Virus record (IMG/VR): IMGVR_UViG_3300026118_000019 | Span: 4,261 to 68,260 of that record | Length of the DNA: 64,000 nucleotides | Direction: 5' to 3' (one strand) | Source: a virus | In this document: positions 9,627 through 20,600 of the stretch, piece by piece | Layout of the letters: each line of letters begins with the position of its first letter | Position numbering within the stretch: position 1 is the stretch's first letter | The notes under the pieces: model-generated | What the model saw: only the letters and a program-made list of their open reading frames with translations | Told to the model about the DNA's origin: nothing | Databases searched by the model: none | Translations under genes and position numbers: made by a program

Positions 9627-10480
9627 TAGCCAAGTGCACGTGCGGCAAATGCCTCGCGTTGCGTGAAAAAACGGACGCGGGATCGCGGCGGTTCGATTGG
9701 ACGCTCTGGAATCAGAAGCACCAGGGCCAACATCAGCCGACCCACGCGGCTCCGCCGAAAGCAGCTCCGGCCCCGAAGGTGAAAGCCTTCGTGCCCGCGC
9801 CGAAACCGATTGCGCCCAAAGTCATCGCGCCGAAACCGGTGGTGCCCAAGGTCGCCAAACCACCGAAGGCGCAGATGCCGAAGCCGGTGCCCAAGGTGCC
9901 GCCGAAGCCGGTGGTGAAACCTCCGGTGCCGAAACCGGTGCCGGTCGCAGCGAAGCCGTCGGCGAAGTCGTCGGCCCCGTCAGCTCCGGCCATGAAGCCC
10001 GAGGTGAAGCAGGCGAAACAGAATCTCGTGCTGAAGGCGATGCCCAAGGCCGAGCGCCAGGCGCTGGACCAGGGATTTGCGTCGGCTCAGAAGGAAGGGT
10101 TCCGAGGCACTCTGAACAACTTCCTCGAACAGCAAGTCGAGTTGTATAAGACGGCGCAGGAAGGGGACCCGCGCATCAAAACCTGGTTCGGCACCGGCAC
10201 GCATGAACTGTTGAAAGCCAACGGGCTGCCGGACCTGACGCCTGCGGGGGCTGCACATGCGGAGCGCGCGATGAGCGCGGTGTGCTACTGCCGCAAATGT
10301 GCCGAGCTGCGTGCGACGGTGGACAACCGCACGGCGAAGCGCACCAACCCGTTAGGCGTGAAAGCGCCGAAGGGCAGCGCTCAGGCTCCGTTGAAAAGCA
10401 TGGGAGCAATCAAGGTGTTGCCGAGTCAAACAGCTTCGGTCACGGGCGGAAATGTTGCGCCAGCAGCAACGTCAACGTAA
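9617..10480 (+). CDS. Pro/Lys-rich low-complexity protein
   Basis: PK repeats; CxCxxC motif near each end. Confidence 0.55.
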   Translation: MGLIAKCTCGKCLALREKTDAGSRRFDWTLWNQKHQGQHQPTHAAPPKAAPAPKVKAFVPAPKPIAPKVIAPKPVVPKVAKPPKAQMPKPVPKVPPKPVVKPPVPKPVPVAAKPSAKSSAPSAPAMKPEVKQAKQNLVLKAMPKAERQALDQGFASAQKEGFRGTLNNFLEQQVELYKTAQEGDPRIKTWFGTGTHELLKANGLPDLTPAGAAHAERAMSAVCYCRKCAELRATVDNRTAKRTNPLGVKAPKGSAQAPLKSMGAIKVLPSQTASVTGGNVAPAATST

Positions 10481-10494
10481 AAAGGTGGCGTATA

Positions 10495-10689
10495 ATGAGT
10501 CTCACACCTTTAGCCTATCTGGAAATGATGGCATCCGGTGGGGACAGCGTGATTGTGGTCACCCCGGAAGAAGCCGAAACCATGATACGCATGGATGGTG
10601 GCGTCTGCTTGGAAAACTGGATGTTCCTGCGGGGCCTCGATATCCAAGGCCATTGGTTGCCGCCGGTCGACGATAGCCGCCAGAACTGA
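10495..10689 (+). CDS. Hypothetical protein
   Basis: AAGGTGG RBS; fills gap. Confidence 0.4.
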   Translation: MSLTPLAYLEMMASGGDSVIVVTPEEAETMIRMDGGVCLENWMFLRGLDIQGHWLPPVDDSRQN

Positions 10690-10754
10690 CCCGCCCTGAG
10701 ACCTGACCCGACTCCCTTTGTTTTCTGCCGCTGTGAAGCGGCCAAGGAGTTGCG

Positions 10755-11216
10755 ATGGCTCGTTATGGTTTCAAGGCAATCCGTGTAGGGTCGTCCACCT
10801 TGGACGTGGCGTCGATTACGACCGCAGCGGCGAGCCCCCGGCGTTTTCAGATTTTCGATTTCACTCTCGGGTCGGATGCCTCCCCCGCTGACAACGCGTT
10901 CCTGTGGGAAATCAGCACGCACACCGCGAAAGACTCGTCCGGCGCGAGCTTCGGGTCAGTGGTGACGGGCGTCGCGCTCGATTCGTCCGACACGATTGCC
11001 TCGACGGTCATCTGCCTCCAGAGTGCGGTGACCAACCTGGGCGCGGGCAGCACCATCTTCGGTGTGCCGCTGAACCAGCGCGCGAGTTTTCGCTGGGTCG
11101 CCTCGCCAGGGTCAGAGTTTGTCGCTCCGGCGACGGCGTGCAATGGGTTCGCCATTGCGACGCCGACGGCCAGCGCGGTGAACATCGAAGCCTATACCCT
11201 GGTCAACGAACTGTAA
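10755..11216 (+). CDS. Beta-rich putative virion protein
   Basis: AAGGAG RBS; Ser/Thr/Ala-rich beta composition. Confidence 0.6.
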   Translation: MARYGFKAIRVGSSTLDVASITTAAASPRRFQIFDFTLGSDASPADNAFLWEISTHTAKDSSGASFGSVVTGVALDSSDTIASTVICLQSAVTNLGAGSTIFGVPLNQRASFRWVASPGSEFVAPATACNGFAIATPTASAVNIEAYTLVNEL

Positions 11217-11286
11217 GTGAACGCGCTCGAATGGATCTTTTCCACACTGGCGTTTGGCCAGTGTGGGCGCGACCGAAGGAGACCTG

Positions 11287-11709
11287 ATGCTGCGACAACT
11301 AGGCTCGACCAACGAACGGGGCGACCCGTCCCTCCGGAAGGCGGACGTCGACCCGTTCGATTCGATTTTTGTGGTCGAAATCTTCGGGCGCGGGCCGACG
11401 CAGGCGGCGGATGACGAAGCCTCGATGCCGGTGATTCACTCGATTTGGTGCAATCTCTCGGAAGCGCGGGTCGCCGCCGAACGGGCGCTCACCCAGGACT
11501 GGCCGTTCACCGCGTTGCGGAGCCGGGTCATGGAATATCAGACCAACGTGTTCCGGCCGCACATGGAACGGCACGGCTCGGACTATCAGCTACCGGTGGT
11601 GGTGTCTACCGAAGTGGAGAAGATGGCGCAGCTCACGTTGGAAATCAATCGGCTGCGGGCACAGCTGGGACAGATGGAAATTGCCGGAGCTGCAAGCGGT
11701 GTAGTTTGA
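11287..11709 (+). CDS. Hypothetical protein
   Basis: AAGGAG RBS before ATG 11287. Confidence 0.55.
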   Translation: MLRQLGSTNERGDPSLRKADVDPFDSIFVVEIFGRGPTQAADDEASMPVIHSIWCNLSEARVAAERALTQDWPFTALRSRVMEYQTNVFRPHMERHGSDYQLPVVVSTEVEKMAQLTLEINRLRAQLGQMEIAGAASGVV

Positions 11710-12029
11710 AACGCCAAGAGGGCTACGGCCGGTGGACAGATCGCCAAACCGGGAAAACCCAAGGCGAGATGGACACGGTCAAATGCCGTCATTGTCAAAC
11801 CACCGTGTTCGTGAAGCCCGGCACGGTGTGCACGACTTATCTGATTCCCGACCGTCGACAACCTCCCGGCCACTATCTCGAAGAGCCTGGCGCGTGGTGC
11901 CCCCAGTGTAACGGACCGATTTGCTTGGTCTGTCACGACCAAGGCATCTGCACCCCGTTCATGCGGCTGATTGAGTTACAGGAATCCAAGCAAGCCTTAG
12001 TCGACCAGATTGCGAGACTGCGCCTATGA
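11706..12029 (+). CDS. Zn-binding protein
   Basis: CRHC, CPQC, CLVC; overlapping stops/starts. Confidence 0.55.
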   Translation: MKRQEGYGRWTDRQTGKTQGEMDTVKCRHCQTTVFVKPGTVCTTYLIPDRRQPPGHYLEEPGAWCPQCNGPICLVCHDQGICTPFMRLIELQESKQALVDQIARLRL

Positions 12030-13045
12030 GCCCCTACGAGACTTATACCGACGAGGAAATCGTGGGCCACGCCCATGGCTTTACGGAGCCGGTGCTGCGC
12101 AGTCGGCGCATTGCGATTATCGGGCATGGGGCGTCGCATGTGGACGCCCCGTGGGACGACGCCACCGTTGAAAAGTGGACGCTGAACCATGGGCACGCCC
12201 TAAATCCCAAGTGGGATCGTCTCTTCGAATTGCACAACCGCTTTGTGGTGGCCAACGAAGACGCCCTGGCGACGAGCGACACGGCACCAATACCAGGACA
12301 GCCCGTGCGCAGCCTGCGTCACCTGGAGGTCTTGCGCGGAGAGAGCCACCGCCCGGTGTATGTCCGGGACGAAGGCATGGCGCTGCCGACGGCGGTGCGG
12401 TTTCCTATTAACGATCTGATTCAGCTCTACGGCGAACGATGCGCCAAGCTCGCCAGACAGCCCTACTTTACGTCTCAGGTCAGCCTCATGGTCGGCTACG
12501 CCACGATGCTGTTGCTGAAATCCCGCGCGAATGAATGGCAACCGGAGCACGAGGTGATTCTGTGCTACGGCGTGGACGTGCACCCGGACGACGCCTACTG
12601 GGACCAGCGGGCGTGCTTCGAGGCCATGTGCTATTTCGCCATGGGGCGCGGCATCACGGTAGTCATGCCGGATACCTCCGCCGCGTTCAACGCCACGGCG
12701 ATTTACGGCTACGAAGCGCCGGGGGAACAAGCCTTTGTCGCGCAGCTGCACCTGGTGCACGACGTCTACCGCCAGAAAAGCGAGAAATTAAAGCGGCGAT
12801 TCAGTGAGGCTCGGACTGAAGAGCAGGCGCTCGCCAAGCGGATCGCCTGGCTCGAAGGGGCCATCCGGTTTGCACTGGACCCTGCGCGACCCAACCTCGA
12901 CGCCGAGCTGACCCAGTTGCAAGACGAGCACGCGACGGTCGTGGCCAAGATGCAAACGCTGGCCGGTTGTCTCCAGCAATCCGACGAAGACCGGTCGATT
13001 CTCGGCCACGTGCTCAAAGGCGGTCGTTATCCGACGCATGTATGA
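12026..13045 (+). CDS. Rossmann-like putative glycosyltransferase with coiled-coil tail (paralog 2)
   Basis: IAIIGHGAS..APWDD...WTLN...LFELH...FTSQVSLMVGYA...YGVD...QRACFE. Confidence 0.5.
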   Translation: MSPYETYTDEEIVGHAHGFTEPVLRSRRIAIIGHGASHVDAPWDDATVEKWTLNHGHALNPKWDRLFELHNRFVVANEDALATSDTAPIPGQPVRSLRHLEVLRGESHRPVYVRDEGMALPTAVRFPINDLIQLYGERCAKLARQPYFTSQVSLMVGYATMLLLKSRANEWQPEHEVILCYGVDVHPDDAYWDQRACFEAMCYFAMGRGITVVMPDTSAAFNATAIYGYEAPGEQAFVAQLHLVHDVYRQKSEKLKRRFSEARTEEQALAKRIAWLEGAIRFALDPARPNLDAELTQLQDEHATVVAKMQTLAGCLQQSDEDRSILGHVLKGGRYPTHV

Positions 13046-13539
13046 GAGCTGCGACAGTGCCGAAATCTCGTGCAGGCCACGAGTGTCCAGCCGACCCGCT
13101 GCCAGCGTTGGAGACGTTGCTGGACCAGTATCAGTGGGTCATCGAGGACTTACAGCGGCAGCTGTCAGCCATGCGCATCGAGCGCGACCTGGCCAGGCGG
13201 GACGCTCTCGCTGATGGGAAACCGGTCCAAGCCTGCCGGTGTGGCAACGTGCGGGTGGGACTCGAACGGATCTGCGCAGCGTGTCGAATCGAACATCAGA
13301 GAAAGTGGGCTGCCGACTCGCGCAAGAAGCGCGATGCGGAGCGCGCCGAAGCGAAGCGACTACCAGAGCGCATCTGTCGAGATTGCCCGACCTCGTTCGT
13401 GCCCAACACCAATCACATGGTGCTGTGCGACGCGTGTCGACGGAATCATAAGTCGAAGTTGATTAAGGCAGGGAATCTTCGCGCGAGTGTGAAACGACAA
13501 CAGCTCAAGTTGGCCAGCGGCAATACCGCCGCGCAATAA
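13042..13539 (+). CDS. Zn-finger/coiled-coil hypothetical protein
   Basis: CRCG..CAAC, CRDC..CDAC. Confidence 0.5.
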   Translation: MRAATVPKSRAGHECPADPLPALETLLDQYQWVIEDLQRQLSAMRIERDLARRDALADGKPVQACRCGNVRVGLERICAACRIEHQRKWAADSRKKRDAERAEAKRLPERICRDCPTSFVPNTNHMVLCDACRRNHKSKLIKAGNLRASVKRQQLKLASGNTAAQ

Positions 13540-13549
13540 GAAAGACCCA

Positions 13550-15013
13550 ATGATTAAACACTCCGTGACTAGGACGGTTCTAGTCACCGTCATGGCGATG
13601 ATGCTGACGTCTGTGGCGCTCGCTCAGGTGCCTGCCCCGTGGACGGCGCAGGATATCGGATCGCCCGCGCTGGCGGGCACGACCTCGCTGACGGCCGGAG
13701 CGTGGACGGTCACCGCTGCTGGAACCGATATTTGGGCCGGGTCGGACCAATTCCGGTTTATCTCCCAGCCGCTGGTCGGCGATGGCGAAATCATTGCGCG
13801 GGTGGATGGCCTGGTCAACACCAGCACCTTTGCTAAAGCCGGGGTCATGGTGAGGGGAAGCACCGCTGTCGGGGCGCAGAACGTGTTGGCGTATCTGAGC
13901 GGTGGTCAGGGCTTGATTTCCTCCCGCCGGACGGCTGTCAACGGAGCTACCAGCAGCACCAGCAGCACTTTGGTCGCAGGCGTCGCCCCCCAGTGGGTGC
14001 GGATCACGCGCGTGGGCAATGTTTTCACGGCGTATTGGTCGACCAATGGAACGGCTTGGACGGTCCTGGCGGCGGCTCAGACGATTGCGATGCCCGCGAG
14101 TGCGTTAGCCGGGATGGCGGTGACGAGCCAAAACGCGAGCATGTTGACCACCGCGATGTTCAGCAACGTCAGTGTGACACCCACAGTGGTTGGACCTAAT
14201 CCGCCGACAGTGACGAGCCTGGCACCGACCAGTGGCGTGGTCGGGTCGTCGGTGGTGATTACCGGCACCAACTTCGGCACGACCAAGGGCACGAGCAGTG
14301 TGACGTTCAACGGGATACTGGCGAGCCCAACGGCCTGGAGCACGACCAGTATTGCGGTGGCGGTGCCTGTCGGGGCGCTGACGGGCAATGTGGTGGTCAC
14401 CGTCGGCGGCATCCCAACGACCGGGCGACTGTTCACCGTGGTCCCCACGGCCCCAACTGGCGTGGTGATCACGGCCAGTTCCCAGTTGTTGTGGGACGAA
14501 ATGGGTGCTGACATTACGACGTTGGGGAGCTACGTCTACACCGCGTATGTCGACAGCATCAAAGGGCCGACGTTGCCTTCGACGTGCGCTGTCGTGAGCC
14601 CGACGCAGTTCACCTGCACATCCCCAGTTCCCCTGGCCAGCCTGGTGGTGGGCACGCACAACATCTGGGTGACCGCCACGAACAACGGCATCGAATCGTC
14701 GCCGTCGAACACGGTTGTCGCTACGGTGAACCCCGTAGCAACCGTCACCACGGTCGTCATGACGGGCATTACCACGGCCGCCACCTTCACGGCGACGGTG
14801 ACGAGCGGGATGGGCACTCCGACCGGCAGTGTGGTGTTCCGGGACAACGGCGCACCCTTATTGGCCATTCCGTTGAGCCCGTCGGGCACGGTGGTGTGGA
14901 CGGTGATGAACGTCTCCCTCGGACCGCACGATTGGGACGCGGTGTATAGCGGCACCGGAGCATTTGCGGGCAGCACCGCGCCGGTGTTGCACACGGTTGT
15001 GACGATTCAGTAG
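13550..15013 (+). CDS. Secreted/surface protein: lectin-like domain + IPT/TIG + Ig-like domains
   Basis: Signal peptide; DIW..DQF.F...GDGEIIARV...KAGVMVR lectin-like domain; ITGTNFG IPT; TPTGSVVFRD Ig domain. Confidence 0.75.
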   Translation: MIKHSVTRTVLVTVMAMMLTSVALAQVPAPWTAQDIGSPALAGTTSLTAGAWTVTAAGTDIWAGSDQFRFISQPLVGDGEIIARVDGLVNTSTFAKAGVMVRGSTAVGAQNVLAYLSGGQGLISSRRTAVNGATSSTSSTLVAGVAPQWVRITRVGNVFTAYWSTNGTAWTVLAAAQTIAMPASALAGMAVTSQNASMLTTAMFSNVSVTPTVVGPNPPTVTSLAPTSGVVGSSVVITGTNFGTTKGTSSVTFNGILASPTAWSTTSIAVAVPVGALTGNVVVTVGGIPTTGRLFTVVPTAPTGVVITASSQLLWDEMGADITTLGSYVYTAYVDSIKGPTLPSTCAVVSPTQFTCTSPVPLASLVVGTHNIWVTATNNGIESSPSNTVVATVNPVATVTTVVMTGITTAATFTATVTSGMGTPTGSVVFRDNGAPLLAIPLSPSGTVVWTVMNVSLGPHDWDAVYSGTGAFAGSTAPVLHTVVTIQ

Positions 15014-15021
15014 GAGGCTCA

Positions 15022-15630
15022 ATGGCATTTCGCATTTACGTCGTGCCGATGATTGTCGATATCAAAGGCGCGCGACGTCCTAAATATTTTCAGGATGGCA
15101 CCATTCCGAGCCCGCCTAATGGGTTCGGCGTGATTTACTACGCGGCCGAGCCGTGGGCGCTTGTCGGCGCAGACCTCCCACCGGCCGATGACGCCACGAT
15201 TGCTGGGCAAGCTGACGTCGAGGCGCTGCCGGTCGATTTGTCGCCGCACCTGACGGGCGGACAAGTCACCGGGACGCGCGCATTTCTCGAAGCTGCGAGT
15301 ATCCCAGCCGGGTGGGTAACGACAGCCGACACGTGGGCGAGCGTCGTGCGCGGGGTAGCGGGCATGTTCCTATTCCTGCAACGCTACGAAGGCATCTACA
15401 GCATTGCGAATAACGGGGCTGCGCCATCCATCTTCTTGGGTGGCGTGACACTCGATTCCACGTTTGGATCGTTGCCAGCGTTAGTCCAGGCGTCGATGCT
15501 CGCCACCGCGACCGACCAAAACATTCCGACGTCTGGTCTCGCGGCCGGAACCACCTTACGTGTCATTTGGCGCTACGTAGCGGATTTTTACTCGTCGGTG
15601 CCGATTGTTATTGCCGGAGTTTCTATCTAA
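15022..15630 (+). CDS. Hypothetical protein
   Basis: AGGAGG RBS; 202 aa. Confidence 0.6.
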   Translation: MAFRIYVVPMIVDIKGARRPKYFQDGTIPSPPNGFGVIYYAAEPWALVGADLPPADDATIAGQADVEALPVDLSPHLTGGQVTGTRAFLEAASIPAGWVTTADTWASVVRGVAGMFLFLQRYEGIYSIANNGAAPSIFLGGVTLDSTFGSLPALVQASMLATATDQNIPTSGLAAGTTLRVIWRYVADFYSSVPIVIAGVSI

Positions 15631-16272
15631 ATGAGCGAAATCGTTACAGATAATTTCACCCGCGCCGACGCCGCGAACCTTGGTGCAAATTGGACGCTGG
15701 TTACGGGACTGACGAATTTCACCATTCTCACAAATAAGGGTGGCACGTCAGCTACCAACGCAACGTTCGGAGGCCGCTTCACGGGCGCGGGATGGACGGG
15801 CGGCAATGACCACTATGTGGAAGTCACGGTCACGGCCAACCTCTCCGGTAGTGACGGTGGCCCCGCATGTCGCATTCAATCCGGCGCAGATAGCGGCTAC
15901 ATGTTCGACATCAACTTCGCCGACACTGTGGCACTTGGCTCGTCGCAGACCATTGAGACTTACAGCGTATCCGGGGGCGTGCCCTCCCTCATTCTGGCAG
16001 GCACCAACATGGTCATCGCGGCGAACGACGTGTTGCGCCTGGAGGCGAATGGCAACCAGATCGGCGCATTGGTCAACGGCGTGCAGAAGGTCACGGCGAC
16101 CACGAACAGCGCCTTTAGTAGCGGGAGCCCTGGTATCCGGTGGTTTCAGGGTGCATCTGTCAATCACGGCACCGAGTTCTCGCTATTCGCAGCGGGCGAT
16201 TTTGCGGCAGCTGTCGTTGTCGTTATCCCACCTCCCGTTGGCTTCGACCTCGCACCGCAGCAGAGGGTCTAA
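15631..16272 (+). CDS. Beta-sandwich (lectin-like) putative virion protein
   Basis: DNFTRAD...LGANW start; GSPGI near C-term. Confidence 0.55.
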   Translation: MSEIVTDNFTRADAANLGANWTLVTGLTNFTILTNKGGTSATNATFGGRFTGAGWTGGNDHYVEVTVTANLSGSDGGPACRIQSGADSGYMFDINFADTVALGSSQTIETYSVSGGVPSLILAGTNMVIAANDVLRLEANGNQIGALVNGVQKVTATTNSAFSSGSPGIRWFQGASVNHGTEFSLFAAGDFAAAVVVVIPPPVGFDLAPQQRV

Positions 16273-16276
16273 AATC

Positions 16277-17662
16277 ATGCTCAATCTTGAATTGACCACC
16301 GATAAACTTCAGCTGACCACCTCATCGTCTGCGAACATCGACGTGCATGCGTCGTTTGCAGACGTGAATCAGTCGACGCTCGATACCAGTGGCGTGAAGA
16401 AACAGAACACGGCCATCACGACGGCGACGACCACAGATATCGTCGCCGTGCCTGGTGCCACCACGACGCGCAACGTCAAATTTCTGTCGATTCGCAATAA
16501 GCACGCCAGTCTCACGTGCGACGTTACGCCGATTTTCGATGCGAACGGCACGGACTACGAATTAATCAAAGTCTCGCTGCTCGCGGGCGAAGAGCTGACC
16601 TTTCGTGAAGGGATTTGGTTTCACTACTCGGCAACCGGTGGCGTGTATTCCTCGGTGCCGGTGCAGCCAGTCGACGTGCAAGTGTTCACCGCCAGTGGCT
16701 CGAACACCTGGACGAAGCCAACCTCGTTTACCCCAAAGGTCGTCGTCGCCAAGTTGTGGGGCGGTGGGGGCGGTGGCGGAGCCGGAGCCTCATTGGCAAC
16801 GGCGGTTGTCGCCAAAGGTGGTGGTGGCGGCGGGGGCGGTTGCTTCGTGCGCGAGAGTTACAACGCTGCTGATTTGGGCGGGACTGTTACTGTGACTATC
16901 GGCACGGCTGGCACGGCGGGTGCGGCCGGTGTGGCGGGCGCGGCAGGTGGTGATGGTGGCGTCGGTGGCACCACGTCATTCGGGGTCCATGCGATTGCCT
17001 TCGGCGGTGGTGGTGGGCGCGGTGGCGCAATTTCCGCGCTGGCGACCGGCGGCGGCGGTGGCGGTGGGAATGGTGCGGCCGGTGCTACGGCTGCTGCGGC
17101 CCTCGGCGGGGTGGGTGGTCAGCCGTGGCAGAACAATACCGCACCAACAGACGGCACGATGGGTGGGGGTGGCGCGATTGGCAGTATCGTGCAGCTCGCT
17201 GGAGCCATTGGTCGATTTTGTGGTGAATACGGTGGTGGCGGTGGTGGCGGTTCAGCCGCGACACCAAGCGCGACCCGAACAGATGGCGGCTCGTCGATTT
17301 TCGGCGGCGGTGGCGGCGGCTCAGGCGGCGGTCATACGGCGACTCCAACTTCGACGGTCGCTGGACAAGGCGGTGCGTCGAATAGCTACACAGGTGGTGG
17401 TGGTGGCACTGCTGGGACCGATGGTGGAGCCGGTGCGCCCGGTGGCCTTGGTGGCACAGGTGCGGCGGGTGATTCGACGAAAGGCGGAGCCGGGGGCGGT
17501 GGCGGCGGCGCGACGACGCAAGCAGCAGCGGCTGGTGGCGCTGGCGGGCCTGGTGGACGCGGCGGCGGCGGCGGTGGCGGCGGTGGTGTGGGACAAAACG
17601 CTGGGCTCGGCGGCGCAGGTGGCGTCGGTGGCTTGGGCTATGCCGTTGTGATGACCTGGTAA
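16277..17662 (+). CDS. Glycine-rich tail-fibre-like protein
   Basis: VFTASG..TWTKP...WGGGGGGG entry followed by long Gly-rich repeats. Confidence 0.7.
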   Translation: MLNLELTTDKLQLTTSSSANIDVHASFADVNQSTLDTSGVKKQNTAITTATTTDIVAVPGATTTRNVKFLSIRNKHASLTCDVTPIFDANGTDYELIKVSLLAGEELTFREGIWFHYSATGGVYSSVPVQPVDVQVFTASGSNTWTKPTSFTPKVVVAKLWGGGGGGGAGASLATAVVAKGGGGGGGGCFVRESYNAADLGGTVTVTIGTAGTAGAAGVAGAAGGDGGVGGTTSFGVHAIAFGGGGGRGGAISALATGGGGGGGNGAAGATAAAALGGVGGQPWQNNTAPTDGTMGGGGAIGSIVQLAGAIGRFCGEYGGGGGGGSAATPSATRTDGGSSIFGGGGGGSGGGHTATPTSTVAGQGGASNSYTGGGGGTAGTDGGAGAPGGLGGTGAAGDSTKGGAGGGGGGATTQAAAAGGAGGPGGRGGGGGGGGGVGQNAGLGGAGGVGGLGYAVVMTW

Positions 17663-17665
17663 TAG

Positions 17666-20600
17666 ATGGCGACTGACGGTCTCTTTGACCCGGAGATAGA
17701 TAAGCGCGGAGTCTTTGACCCCGAGCACAACCGTGGCGGTCTGTTCGATCCTGAACTGATCAAAACGAGCAGCGGAGTTGTGCTCACTCCGCTGACGTGG
17801 TTGGGCACGTATGCCGACCTGATTCCGACCCCGCGTCGTGTGGCCTGGTCCCAGGCGTTTGCGATGGGGCAACCATTCGCCGACGTCACCTCAAAGACCT
17901 TCTCCTGGAAAGCCGCGTATCCTGACACAGCGCCAGGCGCGCGGCGACCTCCTGAATTTCCTGCTTACACCTCTGGGTCTCGACTCGACATGCTGACGGC
18001 AAAAACGTTGGCCTGGCAAGCGAAGTATCCCGACCAGATGATGGTCCCACGCATTCCCGCCTGGTTCAAAGCGCTCGGGTCGTTCGGCGTGCCGTTCAAC
18101 GAAGTCACGGCGAAGACGTTATCGTGGCAGGCCGAGTATCCGGACGCGGTGCGTCTCCCCGCATTTCCACATCCGCCGTCTTACACAGCTCCGGTGACCA
18201 CACCGACCGCTGGATTCGACCCGAGTATCAGCACGTTTCAATGGGAATACCAAGACGTGCTCGCGGCCCGCGTGCCGACACAGTCGCCATCGATCTTCAG
18301 TCCGGTCACGGTCACGCAAATTCCCACGTGGTTTCAGCCGCTGTTCGTAGACCTGGCTCCTGGGCCACGTCCAGCGTTGCCCGGATGGTTGACGCAGGCG
18401 CTCGCGCCGAGTTATCCGATTCCGTCGCTGCCAGGATGGCTGGCAAACTATGTGGACACCGCACCAAAAGCGCGGACCCCTCTGGAGTCGTGGCCTGCAT
18501 TTGTTACGGGCTCCACGTCGTCTAGCTTGCCTGTGGCAGCGTTGGCGTGGGCAGCGAAATATCCTGATTCGGCACGGGCGGCGCGCACACCAGTGGAGGC
18601 ATGGCCCGCGTGGGTGACGGGTGCGACGTCGTCCACGTTCACCGTGCCTGCGGTGTCGTGGGCTGCCAAATACGCTGACAGTGCTCGCGCGGCGCGCACG
18701 CCGATTGAGTCGTGGCCGTCGTTTGCGGCACTCCATCCTCAGCCGATTTCCATTACGTTGGACCAGTTTGCGTGGCGCGGGAGTTATCCCGACAAGTTCA
18801 CGTATTTGCGTCCGCCAGATTTGCCCGCGTGGGCGACCGGTGCCACGTCTTCAACCTTCACCGTGCCGTCACGGTCGTGGGCCGGGGTGTATGCCGACAA
18901 GATCGACGCAGCTCCGCGTGTGTGGGTGCCACCGTTTACGGCGTTGGATGCGTTTCCTCGGACCGAAATGACTCCGCTGTCCTGGCGTGGACAGTATGCG
19001 GATTGGGTGGACCGGCTACGCGCGATGCCGTTGAGCGAAGCACGGGCTCCGTTCGCGCCCACCAACCCGGTGACGGCACTCTCATGGAAAGGGATCTACG
19101 CGGACCGCGCGCCAGGTGCGCGACCGTTGGCCGATTGGCAGACGCTCGCGTTCTATCCGGTGCCATTCGCCCAGCCGCTGAATACCTTCGGGTGGCGCGG
19201 CAGTTATCCGGACTGGTTCCAATATCTGCGGCCTGCGGAGTTCCCGGCATGGACGACCGGGGCGTTGTCTCCGGCGCTGCCGGTGCCACGTCCGTTGGCC
19301 TGGCAGCCGCTGTATCCCTCGCGCGTGGACGTGGCCAAGGGTGTGGTCGCCCCACCGTTCCTGGCGCTGGACGCCTTCCCACGGCCGGGGCTCATCCCGT
19401 TGTCCTGGCAGGGGGTCTACGCCGACAAGGTCGACAGACTGTCTCTGCCGATGTTTGGCTGGACGGCGAGCCCGAGCAGTCTGCTGCTGCCGTCGCCGAT
19501 GTTGGCTTGGCAGGGGGTCTACCCGGAACGGGTGTGGCCGAAGGCACGGTTGCTGGACGCCCTTCAGCGCTTCTGGCAGTCGAGCACGTCGGTGGTCAAC
19601 CCGGTGCCGTCGCGCGCGTGGGCTGGGGTCTATCCAGATCGCATCGTCTTGTCAAGGGCGCGGTTGCTCGACGGGAGCCAGAAATTCTGGACCTACTCGA
19701 CGAGCAGCATTTACCCAGTTCCGCTTGTCTCGTGGCGGGGATTCTATCCGTCGGGGTTCCCACATCCGGTGCTGGCGTCGATTCCGATGTTGTTCGCCGC
19801 ACCCTACATATCGGACCCTGGCGCGTCTATCGACTCGTTCCCGCCGACCGTCTTCTATGGGCCGGAACTGATTCGGTTCATGTCGCAGTTGGCCTTGCAG
19901 CCCAGGACGACTCTGGAAACGATTGCGTTCCCGTCGATCACGTCGGACACGACCACACAGCCATCGTTTGGCCCGCGCCTGCTATTGACGCTGCCGCCAG
20001 ACGCCCCGTCCTTCGAGGCTGTCGTGACAAATGGTGCAAGTTCCTTGTGGCGTCTTGATGAATCGGCCGGGCCAACCATACGGGATAGCATTGACACGCG
20101 TCCAGGCGTTGTGGCGGGCAACGTCATCTTTAATCAGCCTGGGCTGATTGGACCTCTCAGCCGGGCGATTTCCTTGGACGGATTAGATACCAGCGGACCG
20201 CCACGTATCCTTGTGTCCAATGGAACCATTGGGGGGCTAAGCGCACTCTCGCTTGAAGCATGGATTAAACCGTCGACTGTTAGTCCATCAGATTATCCAA
20301 ACACCAACAAGTTGATTATCGGTTATTGGTCCGATAGCTTCTTGAAGATCCAAGTGAACAGCGCGACCACCAGATTTTTTGTCGCTCGAATTGCGACAAC
20401 AGGGGGCGTCTTCGTCGCCGTGTCTGGCTCACCACAAGCGAACACGATTTATCACCTTGTGATGACATACGATGGCCAGAACCTCGTTCTATATATCGAT
20501 GGTGTTGAAACGGCTCGCACGCCAGCGACAGGACTCTTAATTGCAACGGGCGGACAGAGTTTCTCGCTCGGAGGCATCCCGACGTTTGGTTTTGCCGGTC

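Noticed and set aside
16760-17640. GGN-rich DNA as G-quadruplex or microsatellite
   Set aside because: Explained by the Gly-rich protein coding
18712-20058. 448-aa alternative-frame ORF inside the repeat protein
   Set aside because: Low-complexity Gly/Ala/Val/Arg off-frame translation without RBS or motifs
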